This document shows positions 51,001 through 62,432 of a stretch of DNA of 64,000 nt, in pieces. Under the pieces are notes generated by a model. It was given only the letters and a program-made list of their open reading frames with translations. It ran no database searches and was not told where the DNA came from. The translations under genes and the position numbers were made by a program. The DNA is from Haliotis rubra (lineage: Eukaryota), in contig NW_025766969.1 in NCBI RefSeq assembly GCF_003918875.1, positions 2,790,001 to 2,854,000 on the forward strand, in the 5' to 3' direction. How positions within the stretch are numbered: position 1 is the stretch's first letter; the number at the start of each line of letters is the position of its first letter.

Positions 51001-52519
51001 AACTCTGTCAAAAGAAACGCAACCCCTGTCCTCAGATATGAAAAATTCGTTTGAATGAAGTTATTGCTTCAAACTAAATTTTATTCGAATGTATTGAAAT
51101 GATACACGTAATTAATGAAGATTACCATCCAAACAACTGCATTTGTACGCATAAGTGTATTTTATTGCTTATTCCGTCACAACGCATGAAATGACCCTCA
51201 TGGTGACTTCGCACAAAAACACATGCAAATCATGAAAATGGCAGTTAATGTAGGGGTGTATAAAGCCCATGTGCTTCCGTATTATATTCATTCATTTGTC
51301 GCCGAAAAGCTGTGTTAAAATGCCACGATTGAGTGCTGCCGACCGAAATATCGCCATTGGTCGTGTTCAAGCCGGAGAAAGTTTTGGAACTGTTGCACGG
51401 CACCTAAATGTTCACAAAACAACGATATCCCGACTTTGGAGCCGCTACAACAACTTCAATTTGACCAACGATCGCCCGAGAAGTGGAAGGCCAAGAATCA
51501 CGACCCCCCTTCAAGATCGGTACATCCGGGTCCATCACCTGCGTAATCGGCATGCCCTACCAACCGTGACTCCCCACACAAATACCAGGTTTGAGGAGAG
51601 TGTCAGCTCAAACGATTAGGAACCGTCTGAAAGAAGCGGGTTTACGTGCCTGTAGACCAGTTGTTGGACCTGTACTACGCCCCCTACATCGACGCCGACG
51701 ACTCAGGTGGTGCAACAACGTAAGGATACGGACTTTACAAAACTGGAGGCGAATCTGGTTTTCTGATGAATCACGTTTTCTTTTGCAACGTCACGACGGA
51801 AGACAGCGTCTGTATAGGAGACGTCATAAACGTTTTGCGCCCATCTGCGTCCGACAGGTGGACAGATTTGGCGGAGAAAGCGTCATGGTTTGGGGAACCA
51901 TCTCATACAACCAGAAATCAGACTTGGTGATCGTTCCAGGGAACCTGACAGCCCAACGTTACATCAACCACGTGTTACAGCTTCACCTTCTCCCGATTAT
52001 TGACCAACAGACACAGATATTTCAACGGGACAACGCCCGGCCTCATACTGCACGTGCAACAATGAACTTTCTGCAGAATTCCAACGTCAATGTCTTGCCA
52101 TGACCCTCTAAATCACCAGACCTCAACCCTATTGAACACCTGTGGGATACTCTGGATCGACGCGTACGTCAACGTCAGCCGCCGCCACAGACGCTGCAAC
52201 AGCTCGCCGTTGCACTGCAGGAGGAGTGGAGAGCCATTCCCAGGAAAGAATCCGGCGTCTTATCCGTTCTTGTCCAAGGAGATGCCGTGCAGTGATTGTA
52301 GCGCGTGGTGCTCATACGAGATACTGAGAAAGACGCCCCCTGGTGACAAACTGGTGTCTGTGAGATGACTTTTGAAATGACAATTTTAAACATGCCCATC
52401 TGGGTTATTATTCTGCCAAATTTCAGACTTCTGTCTTAAATAATAAAATGCCGTGTCGTCCTAAAACTTCAGATCAAAATCTCTAAAATACAGGGGTTGC
52501 GTTTCTTTTTGACAGAGTT
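51001..52519 (+). mobile_element. Tc1/mariner (DD34E) transposon B, full length, transposase disrupted (51320-52327)
   Basis: TIR AACTCTGTCAAAA(A)GAAACGCAACCCCTGT, with TA TSD at 50999-51000 and 52520-52521. Peptides MPRLSAADRNIAIG, RSGRPR, WFSDESRF, QRDNARPH, LP*PSKSPDLNPIEHLW and GAHTRY. An empty site exists in the paralogous flank at 63954-63955. Confidence 0.96.
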
Positions 52520-52662
52520 TAGTACAAAAGGTGTATAGAGAGGAGGCTACATATCTGAGTATCAATACTGCAGTAACGTTAGTCTTGTGACTGTCACGTT
52601 TCAACTACTGACTTCATACCCAGGTGAGCTACAGTGACGTGGAGTTGTTTCATATTGTAGCC

Positions 52663-52825
52663 GGGTCGGTGGGGTAGCCTAGTGGTTACAGACTTCGCTT
52701 GTTACGCCGGAGACCCGGGTTCGATTCCCCACATGGCTACAATGTGTCAAGCTTATTTCTGGTGTACCCCGCCGTGATATTGCTGGAATATTACTAAAAG
52801 CGGCGTAAAACCATACTCACTCACT
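52663..52825 (+). mobile_element. SINE family A, 12-bp TSD
   Basis: TSD CATATTGTAGCC at 52651-52662 and 52826-52837. Confidence 0.9.
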
Positions 52826-53794
52826 CATATTGTAGCCAAATTTCATATTTGCACACTGTGATATATCCTGCTTCTAAATACGATTAAAGTTTAGAAGGTC
52901 GATGTTGTAATTGATTCAGTAAATCAGAAAAGAGTAAACTGCACCATTACGACAACATTTTGAACGCAGCTTTCTACAGCTTTCCACTTATATGTCATTG
53001 AGGGTCAGCTTAAGTGGAAGAAACGCGCGACGTGATACACAGGGAGGTTTTACCAAGTTTCCATAAAACCTTGAAAATGATATGATATTCACCAGGACAA
53101 ATGCGTAGTTTCAAACTGGACATTATTTATAACACAGTACTTACCTCAAGTTGCATCTATGAACAGCACTCTTCAGCTACTGCTGATATCAAACTGGTCA
53201 CGTTGTAGGATGACAAACATGCTTTAACGAGATTGGGTCGAATAGTTTTGTTGAAACAATTCATGTACACGTTGGAGAATCTGCCAATACCTGCGTGGCA
53301 GTTATTTCCTCACGCATTTCATCATCCGGAATCGTGTAAACACGTGTAAACACCGCCCACGAGATGAAACGAACAAATACCATCAGCAGTAGTTTTCTGG
53401 GGAACCCAGCTGCCTTGAGCTGACGTACCAAGGATCATTACCGAGGCAAGTCTTGGATTCGATGCCATGAGTAGAGGACCATGTATTAGAGATTGTATGG
53501 TGTCTCAGTAGTACAGTCCACTGACCCTCCTATAGACAAGATGCAGTAGCGTTCTGGTAGTGATTGTGATCTCATCTTAGTTCTCACTTACCTTAATAAA
53601 CAAAAACATCCCATTAGCAGATATCACTGGATGTCGCCTGACTTTCCATGTCACAAAGTCCAGATGAAATATTACACGAGATGGAGGCTCTTTCGGGAGA
53701 CTGAGTATATGTTTGACGATGACATTATAAATGATTATGTATTTTCACTATCATTTCATGGTCGACAAAACATTTCACTATATTTCTCTGTGTT

Positions 53795-53937
53795 TAGCCT
53801 GGTGGTTAAAGCGTTCGCTCGTCACGCTGATGACACGGGCTCGATTCCCCACGTGGGTACAATGAGTGAAGCCCATTTCTGGTGTCCTGTGTGCTCTAAC
53901 AGTGCTAAAAGCAGCGTAAAACTAAACTCACTCACTT
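53795..53937 (+). mobile_element. SINE family A, degenerate
   Basis: TAGCCTGGTGGTTAAAGCGTTCGCTCGTCACG..AAAACTAAACTCACTCAC. Confidence 0.8.
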
Positions 53938-55367
53938 ATGAACTGTGCTTACCAAATGATATGGAAAAGAACAACAGCAAAACACTTCACATCCGATTAT
54001 ACACTGCCGTGCTAAAGAAACGCATGAAACTTGATTTGATTCAATTCTCTTTTTAAAACGTTACTATAACTACACCAATTCGCTCTGCAAACTTAGATCA
54101 CCCAATTCAAATACTTCTCTATGGGATTGTTAATTTATCTTTTGTTTCGGTCGGGGCCATCTTTAAGTATGGGGTTAAAAGATCTGGGTTGAAGTTGGTT
54201 TTCGGCACTCCGTGTCCTAACAAAGTAACGTGAAATGATTAAGAACTGTATTATAAAATTAACTAGGTTTATAAGTCAATCCCATTCGCTACATTGTATT
54301 AAAATGTGAGTAAGTATAGCAATATAAAGATATGATGATAATATTCACCTCACAGAGGTGATAGTCAAGCTTCCAAAATAGTCTCAGGCTGAGAATCCAG
54401 GATGAAAAGTTATCTTCACGTAACTGCTTGTTATAATGTGAGATGGAGTGTGAGTTTACCAAGGCAAGAGTTTGCATCAATGTAGCGATTACAAACGTTA
54501 TAAAAACGTTACTATGACTACGCCGAAAACAGTCTTCGAAATGTTAAATATAAAGTTCACAACACAACTATGAAACCCGCTTCAAAAACACTCTATCGAA
54601 TAACTATTACTTGTTCATTTCATTCTTAGCAACCCTCAAATATGGGTGTATACCTTTTAGTTCGGCCGTTACTTTGACAACGACATTCCTTTCTTTTAAG
54701 AATAAGTTGATTTCATTGAAATTAAATTAATCCAGTGGGTATTAAATGCCTACATATTCACCCTTCAATGATAATATTGATATGCAAGGTTAATATGAAT
54801 GATTGCTTCGCTTGTGGGTTTTTTTCCTTAAAATTGCGGAAAATGTCGAATTATAACGAGGTAAAACGATCATGTTTGGTGGATGTAAGATTATACTTAA
54901 AAGGGGTATGACAAAAACACAGATATGATTAATATTTATGTCCTCATTTGAATATTAGGTTTCTAAAGGGTAATATTCTGTATGATCTTTTACATCTAAT
55001 AGGACATTAATGTGTTGAATAATAAATATTTACATCCGCAACCAGCTTTTGTAATGAAACTGAATTTAACTGCTTAATACTATATGTTATGTACTGGGAT
55101 TAGGATGAAAATCACACATCAGTGTATCTGGGCACATTGTTAATGTCTCTACAAATGATCAGCCCTCAAGCAATTTCTTTGTTAACCTTTGGTGTGAAGC
55201 GTTTTCCTCAAGTGAACAAACATGTATATTCCATCCGGGAAGGATCGTTTAGGGTTTAGGGTTAAATGTATAGGGTATAAAATAATTAAATGATATCAGA
55301 TTTAAAGAAAACCACCTAAGATCCGATTGTTGTACTTTAAAAAATATGTTTCGATGGAGAAAGTAGA

Positions 55368-58300
55368 CTTTAAAGATGCTTAAATGTCTTAATTTGAGTG
55401 ATCACTAATCTTAGAAGGATATATTTAATATTTTGGAAAATTCACTCATGAATAATTCCCTACACCTTGATTGTTCCCAAACAAACCAATACCTACGTAG
55501 GTAAAGTAGCTTTTCAAATATTTGAGGCCCATGTAATCCTACCATGTTGATCTAAGCCCAAATCTCTGAATAAAATGACAGGTTATATTTGAAACTCAAA
55601 CATTTAATAGAACTGTGGGAGAAAGATTTTTTCGATTTTACAAAGCAACTATCTATAGGCATAGGAAAGCTTTTGGAATTACGTTTGTACTGACTTCGAC
55701 CCTGACAATCTATTTGAAAATATAATTCCTAAATAGCTAAAAAACTAGGATAAGTAATTCAGATTGAAGTCGTTGTACTTCCACATTCATGATGTTTTGT
55801 TTACCACGACTTCAGTTTTGCAGCAATTAATTCACTTGTTACAAAAAGATGCCAGTACATCATCTCCTGTAAGCCAACTACAGAATCAGAAAACAAATCA
55901 TCGGCACCTACCAATACATATACATATAATTCTAGGAAGTCTTCACCTTCAAAATGCCGATGCCACCATGTAGATGTAATTCGTCTTCAAGTTGATCGAT
56001 AAACATGGAGAATATGCAACCTTGTCTGACAAAACTGAAGCAATCCAAATATTCTGAAATGGTAATAGTAGTTTAAGAGTAGATATCGCCAATGATGTTT
56101 ACCATTTTACCAAGGCTAGTTTGCTTCAATAAGATATACCATAAGAAGTCTCTGTTCATAGAATCACACAAATTAGATTGGTTTGGTTGTTTAACGCCAG
56201 ACTCAGCAATATTCCAGCAACATTTGTATATAGCGGCGGTCTGTAAATAATCGAGTGTGGACCAGATAAACTCGATAATTACACATACAGACAGTAGAAT
56301 CTATCCGTATTTTTGAATCAGTGAGTGAAGTGTGAAAACTTTATCAACTGTTGAGTATCATTTACGAAAACATGCCCGACATTCTGGGTATTTATTATAC
56401 AATCTACAAAATACTTCATTTTGTTGTTAAGAATATCTAACATTTTACTATCAATATCCATCAGGATCATTCAGGTTGACTGTCTTATACTTCTACATAG
56501 GAATATCTAAAATAGAATTTAAAATACTGTTAAAACATACATGTTAGTTGCGGTAACAACATGTCACCTCCATGTTTCCGCATCTGGGGTATCCCATCAG
56601 GTCCTTAGCCCCCCATTGACATCATGTGTGGTACTGTTTAGAATTGAATTGTTGCTTTTTTTGTACGTAATCGAACACATTGTCTGACTTGCTACGATAA
56701 TGACTTAAGTAAGTGAACACCACTCTGAAAGGTTTCAGTGAGTGAGTGAGTATGGTTTTACGCCGCGCTTAGCAATATTCCAGCAATGTCACGACGGGGG
56801 ACACAAGAAATGGTCTTCACACATTGTACCAATGTGGGGTATCGAACACGGGTCTTGGCCTGACGAGCTAACGCTTTATCCGCTAGGCTAACCCACAGTC
56901 CCCTGAAGGGTTTCAGGTGAGGTTGTCCAGTGGTTAATGCGTACGCTCAAAACGCCGAAGACCCAACAGAGCTACAAAGTTGGTTTCCCCGCCATGACAT
57001 TGCTGGCATATGGTGAAAAGCGCCATAAAACCATACTCGCTGATGGGTTTGAGGGAAGAGGTAAGCATCAACCACCGATCACTCACTCACCGATCGTTAA
57101 TCCGGAGTTTATTTCCCCATTAAAGAGTCATCTTGACTGAGGCAAAAGCTGTTCAAACCGGTTGTTAAACTCTCACAACATAAAGAGATGTCGCTTCTAT
57201 TAAGGAACTATTTTATTATTGTAAGTGCTATAAGTAAATAAGAACAGTAACATGCAGACTAATCAGAATGGGTGAAATTTACAGGTGGAAACAGTCATCT
57301 AGTTCCACAGATGTCAGATGTCTTTCAACTTATATCTCACTTGTTCACTCATTATTTCCTTTTACAAATCAGTCGGAGTTCGCGGCGGAACTGCTTATCA
57401 AGAAAGCCATAGATAAAGGGGTTGGCAGCGATCTGCAGGTGATAGGACTTTTCTAAGATGGAGAAAAGGGAGTACTTCATGGCGAGGCGTTCGTAGTTTT
57501 TAGGATCTCTTGACATCATTGTTGTGACTGTGAAATAGGGAACACAACTCAGGACGTACACCATCGTCACCAGAAACAACGTCAACGTCATCTTTCTGAC
57601 ACCCTTATCATGTGACGCGTTCCTGACGTCACTTCCGGTTCGGACAGACATTGGCAGCGATGAATTTGTGGTTGTTGAATCATTTCGGCTGTGCATTTCT
57701 GAACTAGGGTCAGATACCATAACAGAAGTTGAAGCAGTATTTATGTGAGAGTTCTCCGAACAAGGGCAAGGAACACTTACAGAGGTTGAGGTTAAATCAT
57801 GGCTACAAGGTGAAGTATGTTGAGATTCGTATGTATCCTGAGACGAATTCAATTTTACGCCTCCTTCGACTTGGCTCTGATTCATTTTCCTATGCTTTTT
57901 GGGACCACCGACGCGTTCCACCCGATTTGATGCTTTTAATTTCTGCATGTACTTCAATTGCTGATAGACCCGACACCAGATACAGGAATACAGAACACCA
58001 AGGGAGGTAACCAGACCGAACAACATGAAGATCCAAAAGTAAGTGTACGCCTTATAGTAGTCCTCTCTGGCTCGCAGGGGGTGACAGATGGTAATATTGA
58101 CATTATATCGTGTCACAGTTTTAGGGCCGTAAATCAGTGGAGTCGGAATCATGAGCACCAGCAAGACGAGACACAAAAGTCCACAAGCCAGTTTGGCTGT
58201 ATATGGCGTCATCTGCTTCTGGAAGGGTCGACAAACCTTCCTGTATCTGTCAACGGCCACTAATATTAACACCTGACCAGACGCAGTGCTGAAATATGTC

Positions 58301-58645
58301 ACACTCGTTATCATGAACCTACACGCCCCTGAACTGCCAAACATTACAACGTTTCTCATCTGAAATATTTGTACTGGACAACATAATAGGGCATTGAGAA
58401 TATCCAGAAGGGCAACCACAAGAATGAAACACCTTGTTGTGCTCGGCTTGAACTTCTTCAGGTATACATGAAAGACAACAGAATTGCCCACGAGGCCCAC
58501 CACCATCATGGCCGATATGTACACTGTAGCAGGAAGGTATCGTTTGTTGTAGACGTCGTTGAACTGATCAAGGGTAAAGTTGACAGCAGTTGCCATGCCT
58601 CCTGTAGATGTGTGTCACCCGGAACTTAAATCAGAAAGTATTTCT
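55368..58645. repeat. segmental duplication unit carrying GPCR8 (partner 61057-63715)
   Basis: TTTAAAGATGC(T/A)TAAATGTCT.AATTTGAGTGATCACTAATCTTAGAA begins both copies. Both share the divergent SINE-A pair (56738-57040 vs 61808-62110). The segment 55664-56287 is absent from the partner. Confidence 0.92.
57352..58596 (-). CDS. GPCR8: subgroup-2 orphan class A 7TM receptor, 414 aa
   Basis: GN, VALLD, VDRY, NITIC, YVLSCVPY, QIAANPFIY; intact ORF with the acceptor 5 nt before the ATG. Confidence 0.95.
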   Translation of the reverse strand: MATAVNFTLDQFNDVYNKRYLPATVYISAMMVVGLVGNSVVFHVYLKKFKPSTTRCFILVVALLDILNALLCCPVQIFQMRNVVMFGSSGACRFMITSVTYFSTASGQVLILVAVDRYRKVCRPFQKQMTPYTAKLACGLLCLVLLVLMIPTPLIYGPKTVTRYNVNITICHPLRAREDYYKAYTYFWIFMLFGLVTSLGVLYSCIWCRVYQQLKYMQKLKASNRVERVGGPKKHRKMNQSQVEGGVKLNSSQDTYESQHTSPCSHDLTSTSVSVPCPCSENSHINTASTSVMVSDPSSEMHSRNDSTTTNSSLPMSVRTGSDVRNASHDKGVRKMTLTLFLVTMVYVLSCVPYFTVTTMMSRDPKNYERLAMKYSLFSILEKSYHLQIAANPFIYGFLDKQFRRELRLICKRK

Positions 58646-59073
58646 CATGGTGATTGTTAATATTGTTTACATTCGTGTGTATCGTCATAAAAACAATGAA
58701 TATACCAAAGTTGGGATTTCACTGAAAGATATTCATACAATACAAACGGATTTCGGATATGACCGCCCAATTAGAAACGCTAGTCATATTTGAAAACATG
58801 TTAATTTTTTCCATTATGGGTGTTTTTGCCATGCTCTTTGTTTCTTAAAAGTGCGGAGTTTGTTCAGTATACGTCTCCTCTAACGCGGTTTTAGTCCTCA
58901 CTACTATTCAGTATCAGTAGGCCTACTGTGAATGTCATTTTTAGACAAGATACCCGGGTGGGCTAAATGCATTGGCATTGTCTTTATGCTTTAAATTGTA
59001 GCCAAATTTCAAACTCTTATGTATCCTCAAGATTATACTTTAATGACTACATACCCATTGGCACTGTTCAAAT

Positions 59074-59248
59074 GGGGCGGTGGGGTAGCCTAGTGGTTAA
59101 AGCGTTCGCTCGTCACGCCGAAGACCCGGGTTCGATTCCCCACATGGGTACAATGTGTGAAGCCCATTTATGGCGTCCCCCGCCGTGATATAGCTGGAAT
59201 ATTGTTAAAAGCGGCGTAAAACTGAACTCACTCACTCACTCACTCACT
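59074..59248 (+). mobile_element. SINE family A, near-consensus, 12-bp TSD
   Basis: TSD CACTGTTCAAAT at 59062-59073 and 59249-59260; A box TAGCCTAGTGG, B box GGTTCGATTCC, (CACT)n tail. Confidence 0.92.
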
Positions 59249-60127
59249 CACTGTTCAAATTGTAGCCATATTTCAAATTCTGTGATATATCTTCCAGATT
59301 TTACGTGAATTTTAAAAAGTCGATGTTGTGAAGGATTTTACTTAATTCAGAAAGGAGAATGTGTGCAAAAACAAAAGCTTTTTTCAATGAAAACATTTAA
59401 TTTAATGTAATTTACCATTGCCTACACCTGAATACTGTGTATGAGTGAGTTTAGCTTGTAACAGCATTCCAGCAGTATCATGGCATATTAGCTAATGTGG
59501 GGGGAGCGCAACGTTAAGCAGACCGCGGATGTTTACCACCACCACGGGTAAAGTGTTGTTAACCTACAAGCACGAGGTTGTAACCAGTTTACATAAATTC
59601 TAAAAATGATATGATAATGACCAGGACAAATGCACTGCTTCAAATGTAACATAAAAACACAGCACTTACCTCAGGTTGTGTCAATAAACACCAATCTAAA
59701 GCAATTACTAATATCAAGCTCTACAAAGTGCAGTAACATCTGGGTTACTGAATATGAGGAAAGAATCCTTCAACGTGATTGGGTAAATAGTTTGTTGAAA
59801 ACAGTCACGCCCACGGAGCAGCTTTTGTCAACCTAGTGTGACAGTTTTTCCTCGTGATCTCTGTGTGGTCATTTCATCATCATTTCTATGAGGGGGAAAT
59901 AAAGCGAATAAATCACTTTACAACAGCAATTTTCACGACAGCGTGTAAAAAGCGACGTAAAACCCAACTCACCCAATCACTCACCCTTTTGTTTCGGTTT
60001 TGGCCACCTTTGTGTATGATTCTCTCCCGAAGTTTACTTAGAGACTGATGCTCGCTGTGGATGATCAAAGTCCTATATATTGTACGATTGCAAATATTGG
60101 TAAGCATGGTTAGTTTTCTTGTTATAA

Positions 60128-60376
60128 GACCGGTAAAGATCCTGGTTAGAATTGATCTTCAGTAACTCATGCTTGTCGTAAGAGGCGACTAACGGGATCG
60201 GGTGGTCAGGCTCGCTGACGTGGTTGACACATGTCATCGTATCCCAATTGCGTAGATCGATGCTCATGCTGTTGATCAGTGGATTGTCTGGTCCAGGCTC
60301 GATTATTTACAGACTGCCGCCATATAGCTTGAATATTGCTGAGTGCAGCGTAACACTAAACTCGCTCACACACTAT
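60128..60376 (+). mobile_element. SINE family B, full length, 9-bp TSD
   Basis: TSD TTGTTATAA at 60119-60127 and 60377-60385; starts GACCGGTAAAGATCC. Confidence 0.9.
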
Positions 60377-60495
60377 TTGTTATAACTTTCTGATTACATG
60401 TATCACATTATAGCGAGTTAGTAAGATATTATTTGGAGGATGTCATTGTGTAGTAAAAAGAGGGGGTGTTATGTAACAAAAACCCAGATATTACT

Positions 60496-61052
60496 GACAG
60501 ACAGACAGACAATACTTTATTACCTTAAAAGGAATTCGTTTTGGTTCACAGAGCTTGACAAAAATACAAATGAATAACAGTATAAAATATGACATTACTA
60601 AAAACATAAAAAGAGATAAATATGTGCTTAAATAAAAATAAATGATAGCTGGACATTCAACATTTGTTTAAAATTGCAAAACTTTGAGGTACAAAAGACG
60701 TTCGATCTCGTTTAGTCTTGGTGATTGGCACTGTATAGCGGCGGCCCGAAGGTAAAAGCTTATACTCTAGATTTAGAAAATGTGTTGTGTCATTAATGAT
60801 TTATTCAGACGTTGAAAGTACTTGCCGCTCATAGAGAAGTGAAAGATTAACGAAAGTGACCCCGGCTATTTTACTAGCTGTATTTACAATTTTGTTAAGT
60901 TTGGATTTGTTTTTGACTGAAAGAGACTCGAACCAGCACTGAGAAGAGAAAGTGAGTACACTCAGAATAAAAGTAGTATAAAACAACATCATAACAGATT
61001 GGGAAACGTTAAAAGATCGCAGTTTGCGCAGTAGATGGAGGTGTTGTTGACA
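60496..61052 (-). mobile_element. Rex1/Babar-like LINE 3' fragment
   Basis: Minus strand reads LHLLRKLRSFNVS..MMLFYTTFILSVLTFSSQCWF..KLNKIVNTASKIAG and LLPSGRRYTVP..RTSFVP. An AATAAA and a (TGTC)n tail lie near 60496-60522. Confidence 0.8.
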
Positions 61053-62432
61053 TTTACTTTAAGATGCATAAATGTCTAAATTTGAGTGATCACTAATCTT
61101 AGAAAACCATGTGTGGATATATTTAATTTTTGGAAAATTCACTCATGAATAATTCCCTACACCTTGATTGTTCCCAAACAAACCAATACCTACATAGGTA
61201 AAGTAGCTTTTTAAATATTTGAGGCCCATGTAATCCTACCATGTTGATCTAAGCCCAAATCTCTGAATAAAATGGCAGGTTCTATTTGAAACTCAAACAT
61301 TTAATAGAACTGTGGGAGAAAGATTGTTTCGATTTTACAAAGCAACTATCTATAGGCATACAGACAGTAGAATCTATCCGTATTTTTTAATCAGTGAGTG
61401 AAGTGTGAAAACTTTATCAACTGTTGAGTAGCCTTTACGAAAACATGCCTGACATTCTGGGTATTTATTATACAATCTACAAAATACTTCATTTTGTTGT
61501 TAAGAATATCTAACATTTTACCATCAATATCAATCAAGATCATTCAGGTTGACTGTCTTATACTACTACATAGGAAAATCTAAAATAGAATTTAAAATAC
61601 TGCTAAAATATACATGTTAGTTACCGTAACAAGATATCACCTCCATGTTTCCGCATCTGGGGTATCCCATCAGGTCCTTAGCCCCCCTTTGACATCATGT
61701 GTGGTACTGTTTAGAATTGTATTGCTTTTTTTGTATGTAATCGAACACATTGTCTGACTTGCTACGATAATGACTCTAAGTAAGTGAACACCACTCTGAA
61801 AGGTTTCAGTGAGTGAGTGAGTATGGTTTTACGCCGCGTTTAGCAATATTCCAGCAATGTCACGACGGGGGACACAAGAAATTGTCTTCACACATTGTAC
61901 CAATGTGGGGTAGGTAACACGGGTCTTGGCCTGACGAGCTAACGCTTTATCCGCTAGGCTAACCCACAGTCCCCTGAAGGGTTTCAGGTGAGGTTGTCGA
62001 GTGGTTAAAGCGTACGCTCAAAACGCCGAAGACCCAACAGAGCTACAAAGTTGGTGTCCCCGCCATGACATTGCTGGCATATGGTGAAAAGCGCCATAAA
62101 ACCATACTCGCTGATGGGTTTGAGGGAAGAGGTAAGCATCAACCACCGATCACTCACTCACCGATCGTTAATCCGGAGTTTACTTCCCCATTAAAGAGTC
62201 ATCTTGACTGAGGCAAAAGCTGTTCAAACCGGTTGTTAAACTCTCACAACATAAAGAGATGTCGCTTCTATTAAGGAACTATTTTATTATTGTAAGTAAA
62301 TAAGAACAGTACTACATGCAGACTACTCAGAATGGGTGAAATTTACAGGTGGAAACAGTCGTCTAGTTCCAAAATTCCCAGACTGTCACCGACGTCAGAT
62401 GTCTTTCAACTTATATATCACTTGCTCACTCA

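Larger units (their letters stand above)
50588..53144 (-). other. putative 5'-UTR intron of GPCR7 (contains Tc1-B and a SINE)
   Basis: Acceptor CACATCTACAG|GAGGCATG (AG at 50588-50589). Donor GAG|GTAAGT at 53143-53144 is conserved in homologous context upstream of GPCR8 (59668-59669). Confidence 0.65.

Noticed and set aside
55247-55266. TTAGGG-like interstitial telomere seed
   Set aside because: Only about two imperfect units, which is not significant.
59074-59150. tRNA-like sequences (also 23210-23284, 31646, 35524, 52663 and others) as tRNA genes
   Set aside because: They run directly into a shared SINE body and tail, are flanked by TSDs, and lack a clean acceptor stem or Pol III terminator.
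60128-60200. SINE-B leader as a canonical HDV-like, pistol or twister ribozyme
   Set aside because: Only 12 nt lie between the candidate P1 strands, too few for HDV P2/P3/L3, and the helix order does not match pistol or twister. Kept only as an unclassified structured leader.
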